From assembly GCA_000934665.2 (NCBI GenBank), contig KZ538031.1, positions 1 through 64,000 on the forward strand: 64,000 nucleotides of DNA, read 5' to 3'. Position 1 is the first letter of the stretch; each line of letters begins with the position of its first letter. The DNA is from Catajapyx aquilonaris (Eukaryota). A program made the position numbers and the translations under genes. Positions 50,501 through 64,000 of this stretch are shown here, one piece after another. The notes under the pieces are model-generated. The model was not told the origin of the DNA, ran no database searches, and saw nothing but the letters and a program-made list of their open reading frames with translations.

Positions 50501-52789
50501 CAGTAAAATAGGAAAGAAAAAATTGTTTCCAAAATTCTAAAAGGTGGGCAAAATGGGTGGTCATTTTTTGTTCATTTTTTTGGTCAGTGCTACTTACACC
50601 TCCTTTAAAATTCCAAGAAAAAAATATTGCACAGTACAATACTTCCGCTTTTATAAAATTACTCTGTAAAACTTTGTGCCTTTCTAGTCCTTTTTTTTTC
50701 GGCTACAAGACGCTATTTTCCTCAACACTTTTTTTTAATCTCTAAAACAGTGACCACAAAACAATTTGGAGTGTTGCCTGATACAGGATAGAAATTCCAA
50801 TGTGTCGCGATTTAACACGAACCAATAAGTCCTTATAAAAGTACATTGATCTTTTCCGTGATCAGTTAAAGATAAACATATTTTCCATCCCTGTATCAAA
50901 CATACACAGGCCATTTCAAATAAAGAGTTGTGTGTGGATTCCTCACTTCCTCAATTGCACTTACATGTGAATGTTCCCTGGTTTTGTCGCACTATAACTC
51001 CTATCAAATGCTAAGCCATTCTGTTAGTTTCAGTCAGTGTCTTCGTCATGGTGCACATGCTCTGAGTGCCTAAAAATGGCGGCTGTAGTGTGACACCATG
51101 TGTGTGTGCATATGATGGCTTGATCAAGGGTTTACGAGATATAGCACTTGGGAAGAAGTACATCTGAGCACGGATTTTAAAATGGCAAAACCTCCACCAC
51201 TCTTTTTTTCAGTGACCGTAAAATTTCTCAACTGGCACACTTCACAAAACTGCATATTTTAACTTCAAGTGTAAAATTGGGAAATTGGTGGTAGAAACAG
51301 GGAAGAATAATCCGGGGAAAGACCAAAAAAAAAGTCCTGCACCATAGTAATGAAGCTCTCAAGTGTATAATATAAAAAAGGGGGGGCTAGAGATCAATTA
51401 AGTCAAGTCAAACTGAGCAACAAATCACTAGCTGACTTATAATCAGCTCCACAAGATTTATTCATAAGGGTTGATTTTCTACAGTGCATCAGTTTACAGC
51501 CGTAGATCAACCCTTTGGCCCACGCCTTCAACTTAAAAGTGGAGCAGAATATAAATCAGCTGGCAACATGAGAAACCATTTTTTCTTTTGTAAAAACAAA
51601 AACACACACAAAAAAACAAAAAGGAACCAAAAACAAATGGGTGGGAAGGAATCTTCTGGCAGATTCCTATGGCACAGCACATCCTCAAAAAAGAACACAA
51701 ATCACATCCTTCATGATTTGTAAAAAAAAAAAAAACAGCAAAAAACAGCGCGAACACTTTTGGACAAGTCTTGGCATGTTTGATAGTATAAACTGGGAGT
51801 AGGGTTGTGGAAAAACTTGTTTACCTTAACAATGTGTGGCAGTGATATCTAGCAGTGGGATGTTTCTGCATATTTGTAATAATAATTAATAATAAAAAAG
51901 ACACGAACAAAGAAACTTTTTCCCCCCTTTACCACTTCTGGGACACCAACAATGGCACATTCTGGCAGTTCCCATTACAGACACAAACAATATTGAGAAA
52001 AGAAACTGGCAGTGATCAAGCAAAACCTAGACAACTCCAAAACCTTTTTTCTTTCCCCTCTCTCGCTCTCTCATTATTCCACAAACTTTGACCTTTCTCT
52101 CTCGATATCTTGCTGTTTAATTGGGTAAAATGTGATGAAACCGAATATTGAATTTGAGTCAATTTGGAAATAGGACGTGACAATTCTTGTTGTTTTTTTG
52201 GGGACCGGGATTTTCTTTTTCAAATAATGATTTTTTTTTAGATGAATATTTTGGGAGGGGTGATTAGGATCAACTTCAATCAAATCACTCTTAATCCTAT
52301 CAAACATTATATACAACCCTTAATGAGGTGACAAACCTCACAATCAATCTACATATCTTTTGTCAACTACAACCAGGAAAAAATATTAAACCAAGAGGGC
52401 CAGAAAAAAAAACATGGCTGTTTCTTTTCCCATTTAGACACCTCCCTTCCTGAGCTTCCCTCAAGGATTCAATTTTTTTCCCACCTATTCTTGGCAGTGT
52501 GCGGCTTGCTGGTTGCTTTCAGGATTCCATTCCTTTCGTCCTAACTCGTCACAATATTATTTCTTTAAACCTTACCTCGAGGCAATCTATGTACACGTCA
52601 TCAAACAAGGGGGGAAACCAGGGACTGGCACACACACAAAAAAAAACCTCTGGTACCATAAGTATTTCCTTAAAAATTGGGGGATAAGTCCTTCTCTGGC
52701 TTGTTTTTTGTGGTGGTTAATTTTTCTTTTTATCTTACAGGATCCCTGGGCAAGTCTGCATTGCTGTTGTGAGAACCCATGGTGAGCTG

Positions 52790-55700
52790 TCACAAGGAGA
52801 TGGGCTTGTTCTTGCGCCTGTGCCTGGGCGGAGGGGCAAATAGGTCTGCCCTGAGGGACTTGAGGAATGAGGGTGGCAAGCTGTGGAGGGGGACTGTCCT
52901 CTCAACATGGCCACACTCAGAGTTCACTGATGCCCATTCATCTGGAAGGCTGCAAGATGAAGAGAATTATAGTAAGCCACATATCAATTAGCTACCACAG
53001 CACCTCTCTATTTATCACAAATGGATTATTTGTGGTCAATGTTTTTATTTTATCTATTTATTCACTTATAATAATTATAACCAATTTGGATTACGTTTTG
53101 GTCATTATTAGAGCTGCTAGCAATATTTTAGTCAAACAGTTTAGCAAATGCTGTTCCTTGTTGAAGTACACAAAAGTGATTCCTGCAGTATTACTATATT
53201 CTCATTCACATGCAATTTTCACTGAATGTTCTCATTCCACTATAAGACAAATTTGCCTAACACAAATTTCATCTTACCATCAGAATAGCCACCTTGTTAT
53301 GGGTTCACAACACAGAGTTTTTTCCCCCCTATTGAGATCTACACTAGTAACGTTAGTGACAGATTACAATGCTTGGAGCACGCAGTCTCTACCCCCTTTC
53401 ATGAAATACACTTCTCCAACAACTGAAATTGGTTAGACAACTTTTAACCAACCTAGTGGTGCCATAACAGATGGTTCCCAGTAAATAGTAGAACCACATT
53501 GCTCGTTTAAAATTCAGATTAGCTTCTGAACCTTCAGCATTGCCAGCATTTTGGCAGATACGTAAGGCTCAGAGTCGTCAATGATTTTCGCTTGGATCCC
53601 ACATTGTCTTAATACCAATTGAAGCATAAAGTAACTGCCATAATAAGGAGACATTTAAATCAATGTAGAATCCGTAAAAAGGTACCAATAAGGGCATAAT
53701 TCAGTAGAAACACTTGAGCCCTTACATGTCTTCTGGGAACCATCGGACGAGAGCTTTCACCTTCCCGTCAGCCTCAAATCTTCTTGCCATCACCTAGAAC
53801 AAATTTGGAAGTTGTTCAGACCATGATTGTCTCTAACACCCCCCAACTACCTTGCCGCAAAAAAGGAAGGTGATAACAAAAAACCAAATAAAATAAAATA
53901 AATACAAATAATGCCACACAGTGTAGATACTTGCCTTTCCCTGGAATGTGACTGAGTTGCTGGCAGCATTAAGCACATCTCCCTGTCCCTGACATTGCAT
54001 AAGGTTGGTGAGATGATGCTGCATCTTTTCCATAATCCCACCATCGAAATAATCAAACTTCCGGGCTGAAAATTAAGAGAAAACAATAAATACCCTGTGT
54101 GTAAAGATAGTTTATTTCAAAAAAATATAAAGAAATTATACCTGTCCATGGCCTTCTTCTTATCTTCAGCTTCTTCCCATTCCGCCGGAACAGCTTGTTA
54201 GGAGTGGTGTCCACGCTGCGCTTGGTCCCTGAGCTTGAACTGGATCCCGTACTCTGGTTGAAATGGCTGTTGACATGTCTCTCCAACATGGTCTGCAAGA
54301 ATGAACCTTGTCACTGCATGTCATGCCATGGAGCCTGAGCATCCTATGAGATGACACTCACCTGGGAGCCAAACCTCTGCCCACAGCCCTCCACGATGCA
54401 CTTGAATGGCCTGCTGCCTCCATGGGTCAGCACATGCCTTTCAAGCCATGACCGGGAGCACGAGGCCTTCGAGAACACCTTGCAGCTCTCCCACATGCAT
54501 ACGAAGTTCTCCCCATCTACTTGTGTGTCCACATGAACCACCTATAGCCACAACAAAAAAAAGGCATTAATTCTTTTGGCACTGCTTATGACGGTAACTT
54601 TCTCCATAATTACAAACCATGTGTGCCTATGACATATTGTGATCATGTATATGCACTCAATAGTTCACTTACCGTGATACCAAGTGGGGGAAGTCTATCA
54701 GAGAATATAAGTCCATTATGGTTTACATACCCATCCTCACTACTCTCACCTTTCTTTACTAACCCTCTCCACACTCATGTTAAACTGAATCACAGCTGAC
54801 ATTGAACAGATCACTGATTTTTATCACAAATCACTAGGTCAATTCAGGATCAAACATAGTCACTTGTAGGGTTGGCTTGCACCTCACATCATTCCACTTA
54901 CGCTGCTACATCACATTATAAGCTACACACTATGGCACTAATAACAAAATCGGTACACTACATAATTATAGTGTAGGAGTGAAATGGACAGTATGACCCC
55001 ACACCAAGTTCTTTTAATATACAGAGTGATCTAAAATACTTGTCTGACCAGTATGGTTATGAGTTGGCACTATGCTGCTTATTTTAGCAGTAACTTTCAC
55101 GTAGTTCCTTTTAGTGCTTACAAAAGTATTCGGCTATGTGTATCTATCTTTTTAAGTGCCTGCAAGAAGTCTGTCCTGCACAACGTGGGTTAATTATCAT
55201 TGACATAGAATTCCAATTGTTCACATGGTCCATTCCTAATTAGAAATACTTTGCACCTTGTATAAATCAGCAATGCTACTAGTATGCAGCATCACTACCC
55301 CAGGGCATCCCAAATTAAAGACCACTGTTGGTTGAGGCACAAGTAAAATCTTGCAAGTAAGCCAAGAACAACATTGTCAGTGAGAAAACACATGTCTAAT
55401 TCCTGCTATATTTGTGCAATTCAGCATGACTTGGATGTTGTGTTTTGCCAAATTCATGCTTTCTTGCTAGGCATAAATGTATGGTGTTTCTGTACTTTCT
55501 ATTCCAAATGTTTGTTTGATTGGGAAGGAACCAAAGCAACTGCAGCTGTCTGGCCATCTACGAGTGCATGAGCCACATGTCCTATTCCAAATGTAATTTT
55601 AATGAAGGTCAGTAAGTGCAGTCAAAATAGTATATTCAGTGTGGTAATGGAAATACAAATATTCCACATGATAATGAAATTTCATTACAGTTGTTAAAAT

Positions 55701-58700
55701 GCCAATGAATATATCATGCACATTTCCATTATGAACACCATATTGTCTTCTTACTGTACCACGAATAAATAACCTGAATTGAATGCTAGAAAAATGTACT
55801 ACATTGTTCTATAGTAACTTCAAGCAATATTGAAATTGCTGCCTGCGATTACTTCCATGACGAGTGATGGGCTAATGAAATAAATGCTAATAAGAAATAA
55901 TTCCATTCAAATGCCTTAATCAGGATAAAAGCACAGTTAACACCATACAAATGGCACCTTTTATGAAGTAGTTAGTGCATTAAAAAACCAGTGACTGAAA
56001 GAATATGCCATTAATGATTACTTTTTTATTTTTTTCACTTGCAAATGGTTGGGTGGGCCTGCTGTCTAATTCAACGAGGTATGGACAGGTGATTTGTGCC
56101 TCTAGCAGTCTAGCATGACAGCATGAATTATGTGATACGATTCATGCCAATTTTGAGTGATTTAAAACCCTTGGCACTCCTGGATTCAGAAATGCGCCTA
56201 AGATCAGCACACACCGTCAACAGAATAGCCTTGGAAGTGTGATACAATTGGAAAACATGCCTTTGAAGATCAGATCTCTAATCTGATACCAGTACATGTT
56301 GTCATAAGGCATGCAAGCATTTCTATCTCATAAAGAAAAATTACTTCAAAGGCACCTGGCAGTTTACCCACAAAATCTGGCGATATTCATCCTAGTCATT
56401 CCTTGGCACACTTATCAAGCAATATGCTGTAGATAGAACTGTTGCCTGTAATGATGCTTAACTCAAAATTAGCAGCTGAGTCCAGTCCGAGGGGTTAACC
56501 ATTTCATTTCAAGTGCACACCAAATAATTATTATTGATGATTACATGTAATGACTTCCCATGAGGGTGAATTAGGGTCTACTCTCAATTACGAATGATGT
56601 CACAACATAATATACACCTGACTATGTGGGTGGTTAACCACTTAGTCTGTCTTAGACAGTTATAGATATCACACCAGGGTCCATTGTATTATAATGAATT
56701 ACAATATATGCATACCAACAAAGCACTATACAACAAATACCAGTACTGTATATGAAAGGATATAGATTTGAATAGTTTCTGTCACATTTTAAAAATATAT
56801 CCTCAAGTATGAAATATCTCTTACTGGGCATAGCCATTTGAGGGTTTACCAGTCAAAAGAGCAACCTGAGTAGGCTTACTGCCTCCTTTTAACTGTTGTT
56901 TTTCTTCTCACTAAACTTGAGCACTATAATTATTCTAATTGCGAAATCTGCTACCTGAGAATCAAGTATTGAGACTTTTTTATTTGGCAATAATTTTAAA
57001 AATATTGCAAAATGTAAGATGCAAGTAATGAATTATGCCACAGTCGCTGAATTATCAACGGAACCCAACGTATCATCCAACAGATAAGGGCACACAAGCC
57101 CTCCCTATTCAACTGCATTCTATGTCAAAAACTTCATGCAAACCTCCACTTCCCTGTCTTCATTCATTGAGACATTATGTCAAAGTCCTACCAAGGGTAA
57201 GAAGTTAAGCATGTTCCCAAGTTACATGCAGGAAGGAACCTTTGGTCACATTGTCTAATGTACAATTCTTTGGGGTTACTTCCTTTTCATTACAATTGAA
57301 TCCGGATATAACAGCTTTGGCTATAACACATTTTCGGTTATAACAGACTCGAAAGGGCGGTCCCGTCATACTTCCATGACCCTGTGTGTTTGGCTATAAC
57401 AGACCTCGTGGTTATAGCAGACTGATTTCCGCAGTCCCTTGAAATCTGTTAAATCCTGATTCAATTGTATTTCCCATTATTAGTGACTAATGCAATTTAC
57501 CTTTTCCAGAAAAAGGTTGTTCAAAAGCTGTGTTAACAGGCAAACATGCTTTGAGCAAGCTAATAGCAGAACAAGAAATGGGGTTTGGTTCAGTTGAATT
57601 TCCCAAAGGAACAATGGGCAAAAAGTCCATAGTAATCAAATTTGGAATTATGACACAACAGTTCATAGAACCAGCATCACATTTACCATTCATGGTTGGA
57701 ATGGTCTTATGGTTGACCTCAAATGTGGAGTATCAGTAACTAATATATTCTGCACTCCCACTGTTATTATACCCTGCCAGATGCATGCTGGACTGATGCC
57801 TTTGCTCTTATTGGGTCATTCAATCCAATAACTTATTTGTTGCAGTATTGCATTGCACATGTCACATTAACAGTGCAAAATTGGTACAGAGGTTATGAAA
57901 CAGAGTGCAGTGACAAGGTGATATCAATGCTGGGGTAGAAAATTGGGAAATGGATGCAGAGATGTTTGAAATTTTGTTACGTTGTAAGCTGCATATGTAG
58001 CAATCTAACTACAGGGAGCTTTTGATGAAGGTCACATACACCTTTTTGCAACATGTAAACGATCAAAGGCTTTCAACACAAAACCCAGCACAGACCACTC
58101 TTCCTCACCTGTATATGCTCCAGAAGGTTCCCACTGCCATCCATCTCACAACTGCATCCTTTCCACTTGCAAACAATTGTCTCTGGTTCTGGACTCTTCT
58201 CCACTTTCTCACTAGTCTTGTTGATTTGTTGGCGTCTTTGCTGTTGCTGCTTGGCCGGGAAGCGGATGGACTTGGGTTCAAAACCCTTTGAGACAGCCAG
58301 CTCCTCAGCCTGGCACACATCCTGAGAACTTGCTACCACAGTCTCTGGCTTGGCAACTATGGACACAGCAGCAGCAAGTTCAAAGAGCTTGGGAGTGACA
58401 CTCTCTGCCGGCTCCTGCTTGACATCCACTGGCTCCTTCTTGGCCTCTACTACCACGGCGGAGGCTGCTGACGCTGCTTCCTCCTTTGAACACATTTTGG
58501 GAACCAAAAGAACCCCATTGCCGCCACTTTTCTTACTTCCTGAGATTATGAGATATTTGTCGATGCACCTGCCGTCTGGCTTCACTTCCAACTTTGGCCC
58601 TGCCTTCTTTTTGACAGCCACTGCTGCCTTGTGGCATGCAAGGTGCTTCACCTGTGCCTTGAAGTACTCAGTGATCTTCCCTTGCACTTTGGCCATCAGG

Positions 58701-59300
58701 CTCCTTTTCGCCTCAAATGGACTAGTTCTTCCCTGAAGGACTGGCGGCGGCGGCGGTGGCGGCGGACAGAACCCCTCCAGCTTAACCTTCTTGGCAGCAC
58801 CATTGTAGGCTGGAACGTCACTAGGCCGCTTGGTGGCAGTGTTTCTCTGTGGCGGCGGTGGCGGTGGCAGTAACTTCATATCATCTACTTTCTCAGACTT
58901 CATGGCAGCGATGCCGGGGTCAGGCGGCTCTCCCCGATGCTCATACACCTCCGGTTGCACCCCCATTGCTTGTGGAGACACTGGCGGAAGGTGTGGCGGG
59001 TAGGTAGAGTCATCCGGGGGCATGTCCACCACTACACACTCCTCCTCCTCTTCCTCATCCTCTTCGTCTTCTTCCTCGTCTTCTTCGCCTTCCTCCTCAG
59101 CCCATGGAGGGGGTGTCACCTGGAGCTGAGGCGATGGAGTTGAACTACCCCGTGGCTGCCCCTGAGGTTCCTCTGATCCACTCTCAGACCCGCTGGAGAA
59201 GGAAGGGCTCTGGGCATTTGAGTATGGGGAGCCCGGGTCGGTGATATCGCTCGTGCCGCTCGAGGTGGAATAGTCGGTCGAGCTTAATGCTGCCACGCCA
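52790..59300 (-). CDS. jing: Zinc finger protein jing / AEBP2 (PRC2 accessory subunit), 5'-incomplete, >=626 aa. Exons 59300-58109, 54541-54362, 54292-54142, 54065-53935, 53793-53726, 52949-52790
   Basis: Three C2H2 fingers: CKWKGC...[33 protein letters not shown], and [17 protein letters not shown]...ERHVNSH. Basic [14 protein letters not shown], and an AEBP2-type C-terminus [30 protein letters not shown]. Also jing-like [10 protein letters not shown] and [13 protein letters not shown] motifs. Confidence 0.93.
57293..57467. mobile_element. Tigger/pogo-like MITE
   Basis: TA|CAATTGAATCCGGATATAACAG...CTGTTAAATCCTGATTCAATTG|TA, with repeated internal GGYTATAACA motifs. Confidence 0.85.
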
Positions 59301-62300
59301 CTAAAAAGGAAACAGACATGGCACATTAGAAATTTGACAGGCATCCACACCTGACCATGAATGCTCTACTAAACAACAATCACACATGTTGCCATCACAC
59401 CCAAAAGTCAGTTGATCACCATCCATAAGTACGCAAATGTAAAATATGAAAGAGTAATATGCTTTATAACACAAAGCACTTCAAGCCCAGTTATTCCAGA
59501 TGGGCCAGTGGGTATGGGAAGCTGTTAAACTCAGGCACTTTACAGTACATATGAAAGACCTGCATTATAGATGTAGGTGAAATTTTTGATCAAGCTGGCC
59601 GCAAGGGCTGTCACTTCAATGGTGTACCCTGATGCCTAATTCAACCAGCCCATTGAATGTTAAGCAATGTTTCCCTGCTGAAAACACCATTGGTATGGTA
59701 ATGTAACATCTGTAATGAGTGCTGAAGTTTTTGTCCGATAAGTCCATGCACTCAATTTATAAAGTCAAAAGCCTCGACTGTACATTCATATGATCCAGAT
59801 ACTTTGCATGCACTAGCTCAGGTCAACAATATTAACGTGGTTCAGCAAATGCGGCAAAACTTGTCTATCAGTTTACATTATCCCAAGGTTTTCCCATTAT
59901 AACGTCAGCATACATATGACAGCACAACGAATATGAAAACATATGCGGCATCACGCAAGAGAGGCCCACTATTGACAATTCCATTTCCTTGGCAGTTTTC
60001 TCCCTGCCATTTCTTGACACAGTGTCACTCTGACGATTCAAACCAAACGCACAGTTTATTCACCCCAAGCACTGTACACCCACCCCACCAATTACCCCTA
60101 CCTACAGTATACCCCGAAGTAAAAATGTTTAAAAAACCCAAACTGACAAAACGGGCAAGGCATGCAAATTCATCCTCAACCTTAACCCTTCCGATAACCA
60201 ACAGTTAAAAAGCCAGGCAAATATTTCCCTTCTGGACATTTTAATCACCGATGAAAAAGCCCAGATAAGCTCTCCCCCCGTGTAAATTTCCCCCCTCCCC
60301 TTCCGGAGCCCACATGAAAGACTCCCCCTTCCTAATTTTTTCCCCCCTCCTTTCACCTCACCTTCAACTGGCCATTCTTGTGCGGGACACCTCCGGAGGA
60401 ACCTTCAGGTTCCTCCGGGGCTCCTACCACCATGAGTAACTGACTCCCCGACTTTGGCCGTTGCCTTTTATCCAACACTGGACACTGAGGCTATGCACCT
60501 TTTTTCTGTCACAGGCGGGCCTTTTTGGCTCTTTTTGGGGGTGTGTGAGAGAGAGGCAAAGCCCTCGACGGAAAGCCCACGGATCGATCTCCCCGGGACC
60601 CGCTTCCTAGCATGCCCCGCCCTCTGTTCCGCTTCCCCGCTGACCTCCACCTGCGCACCAGCAATGGCCACAACAATCCACGTGACAACCTGCCCCAATG
60701 GATGGACCCTATACGACATTGCATGCATGCGGCTTACGTTTTTTTTTTTTTTTTTTTTTTTTTCATACTCATTACTAATCAGACTGATTAGAGGGGAAAA
60801 ATTTCGGTCCGTCTCTGGCAATCTCCACGTGCGGCCGAGGGGGTAGCAAAAACGTGGCCTTGCCCAGGGGGGATTACCTGATGTTAAGTTCAGTGACTGA
60901 GACCGTACAGGCAAGGCAACAAAGACCTCTTGCCTATCTGCGGTTTTTTGTTGGGACAGGAATTTCGAGTGTATCGGTTCAGGGTACGGAGAACTAGACT
61001 CCTCCAGAAAAATCCTGCTGGACTCTCGTAATACACAACGCAACTAATTGAGCTTATTAGTCGAAAATTGCGTCCATATTATAATCGCATGCTAATTTGT
61101 CCGTCACATGCGAGTAATAGGGACCATCCTGCCGGTTATGTCATCCGGAAACTACCTCTGCTAAACGGGTTGTCTGACAATCAGGATGTGTTCTCTGCTC
61201 ACTGCTCGCATGATTACAAAATCAGCGACTATTCTCATGAATCGGTCATCGCTATTAGAATAACATCCTGGCGGTCTGTGGGGCATGTTATAGGGTGGCT
61301 CTGGTGGCTGTCTGTATGGGCGAAAACGGTGCTCTGAATTATAGTTTTCCCAGTGTTTGCTCCTGGATAATGTACTGGCGGCAGTCCTGATGAGAGTCAC
61401 CATCCAGTGCACAGTAGTACATCCCGCTTCACCCTTTTGCAAGATCGATGCCAGAACAACAAAGGAGCCCGGAGCAACATGACGCATCCGACATAACCCA
61501 ATCAGTGTCCATCCAGGCGCAAGGGCTAATCAAATATGAGCCAGAGAGGTCCCTCCGACCCAGATGGCCGGATAATCTCTGCAATTTTCTCTGTCCGGAT
61601 TAGGAATAAGACAGGTGTGACGTGCACCTGTCCTCATCGCCAAGTGTTGCCTTCGCCCTAGCACCTGCCAAGGTACTCGCACCGGTGTCTCATGTACCGA
61701 GCAGATGGGCCTTTCCGCTCGATCGCTGCATTGCATTGTCTGATTTTCGCCAATTTGAGTCACGCGATCAGTACAGGTTTGCAACTCCACACGATCCCCG
61801 GTGCAGGTGGCCGCAATTGTTGTACAGCAACAATAGCAAGGCTGCAAGCTGCTCCTACATAAGGTGTTCATTCATTTATTACACTTCCCACTTTTCTGAC
61901 TTGAACACTGTTTAACCACTCATGACGTCTCCTGTACTTTCCGGCTGTAAACGAATTAGGGTGCATATCAGCATAATAACGTAATTAGGACATGCACATA
62001 AAACATTCACACTTTCGCGCCATCCAGTTCTGAAAAGGTGCCCCACGTGCTATCAAGTCCACGGCCGCAATATTTCACCGTTTTGACCCTCTCGCCCAAA
62101 AATAACAACCGAAGTTGAAAAACGATACCTTCAGAACCGATTTCTTTTTCTCCCCGCGCCCCAGTAGGAAGGTCAACGTCGTTACAGAGGCAGCCAAGCT
62201 GGGTTGCCCAGGAGATTGGGGGCACCCCCTACCGAAAATCTCCCCCCTATCCGTCCGTCTTTCTCTCTCCCCCCCAGAAAAGATCTACCAAAAAGCACTC

Positions 62301-63060
62301 AGCCGTGATGCAATTGGATTATCAACTCGAGGGGAATGGATCGATACTCGATAACCAAAGTCGTCCAGTCGCCCTAGAAATCAATAACACTAGGGGTGGT
62401 GAAAATACGGCGCGCGCTTCCCACCCGGAAAAAAAAAATTGTTTACATGCCTCACCTTCCGGAGCAGTCGGACATCAGTACAGTACACCGAAACCCAACC
62501 AGCACTCGGTACGGCTCAGTAGGAGACTGGGTCATTTATATGTCGTGGTGTCCCTGTGGGGTCGGAAGGCTAATTTTGGGCCGGGCCCTGTGTGGTCCGG
62601 AGACACGTGATACCCTGACCCCGACCTGACCTCAACCGCTTCCTGCGACAGTGTACTGTGACAAAACAGGTTTTGGCGCGCATTGTACGGGGGCGGAAGA
62701 TACTCCGGTAATTATATCCTCCTGAGCGGAACTTAGCCTGAGGGACATATTGTCCGTGATTCGTTGGTCACCTTTTTTAAGACGCGTACCACCTGTTCCG
62801 GAAACTTACAACCGGTTTGATGCACACACCGTCACTGGGTCAAAAACTCACGTGAGGACATCCCAGTTGGCGTACGTGCAGACCAACCCAGCAGCCATGT
62901 CCCAAGAAGTGGAGGAAACACCCGTGGGAAGCCTCCTCACCCTGTTTGTTCTCCAGCCCCGAATGGAGGGTGAAAAATTGGGAGGGTCCTTGGGGCGCAC
63001 CTTGGCCCCCTCAAGGCATTGTCGTTTTTGTAGGCCCAACCTCCCCCCCCCCCCCCCCCC

Positions 63061-63061
63061 N
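63061..63061. other. Assembly gap/ambiguity (N) after a poly-C run
   Basis: Single n directly after a long C homopolymer. Confidence 0.85.
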
Positions 63062-64000
63062 GCATACTGCAGGAATTATCCAAGACACAGATCAATACGT
63101 CCCATCATAATTACCGCCCCCCCCCCCCTCTCTTCTCTTTTATAGCATCCAGTGTTCTGGTAATATGACCTGCCAGCCGGTTAGAGGGCCATTATCAAGG
63201 CCATTACCGGACCCCGGCCCTCCAAATCTGAAGGGGGCAGGGATGCGCCCAAGAAAAAAGAAAAAAAATCATAGAGATGTTCCCAGTCAATGATGTCGTC
63301 TAAGGTTGTTTATAGCGTCGAGGACACGTTTCTGGCTTCTGGACTTCTGGAATTGTTTTATTGGGAGGGGGAGATGGTAAAGGTGACCTGGCTGCCACTT
63401 TTTGGTGTTGCACTGGGTGAAACGGCCTATGAAGACCTTATCTCCGGGTTGGTCACGCACGATGTCTTCCAGAAACATGGCTCATTGTAAACCAATAAAT
63501 GGAACTATAAAACGTGCAAATTAGATGTGTACAATTACTTGGTTACGGTTGTCGCCACTGTATGTTTGCACAGTGCACACGCAATACCGAACTGCACTTC
63601 TAGATATTTGCGGTGCTAACAAGCGTTTGTTACTCAAGTGTATACCGCTATAAGAATTGTGTACGAAAATAGAAAATGGTCGTCAAATTCGATACTTTAC
63701 GTCACTTCACGTGCAACTTGTTTTATTGTCGCTGTTATACATTTTGTGCCTTGTGTGACTACATACCTGGAGATAGTACGCAAATTAAAACTAAAATTGC
63801 AGGCTAAATGCAATCACTTTCGTTTTCTCTCAATGTTGTTCCTATATCCACCTCAATGCATCCGTATACGTTGAAAAACTTAGCTGCGGCGCAGGAAGTT
63901 TCCCTTGGAAGTTGTTTACCGTCGCAATACAGCACACGCTATCTCGTTACGTACTTCACTGATCTATTCCTCTACCCTTATCCCAACACTCGGACCTTCA

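Noticed and set aside
54673..54694. Possible 22-nt poison exon in a jing intron (GATAG...CACG|GTAAGT)
   Set aside because: The acceptor is weak and there is no support beyond the motifs.
61600..63490. Other candidate upstream jing exons and short ORFs
   Set aside because: The donors are weak or lack an in-frame ATG, there is no jing-like peptide, and an assembly N at 63061 interrupts the region.

Overview
This is eukaryotic genomic DNA, probably arthropod (judged from insect/crustacean-like jing and TMEM131 motifs; the taxon is not determinable). I reconstructed five spliced genes by hand from splice sites and reading phase. They are: a 3'-truncated RAD51AP1-like gene (-, <1-875); PYROXD1 (+, 1332-3036, 5 exons), head-to-head with it; TMEM131 (-, 3905-37862, 22 coding exons, ~1758 aa, with ~17 kb and ~8 kb first introns); an ELMO-domain gene of ELMOD1/2 type (-, 39950-46047); and the PRC2 accessory factor jing/AEBP2 (-, 52790 to >=59300, 5' end unresolved). 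The introns hold many non-autonomous transposons. These include a three-level nest (tRNA-SINE inside a mariner-derived foldback inside a hAT MITE, with all target-site duplications readable), three long foldbacks in ELMOD intron 2, and three back-to-back ~100-nt hairpins in the ELMOD 5'UTR intron. Notable signals are two GC-AG introns, a candidate 3-nt microexon or recursive splice site in TMEM131 intron 1, a candidate jing 5' exon with tandem frame-switching donors and a hairpin, and a mosaic CpG pattern. No rRNA, tRNA gene, CRISPR array or intact transposase was seen. I found no clearly new multi-gene system. Family assignments rest on recalled motifs, not database searches.
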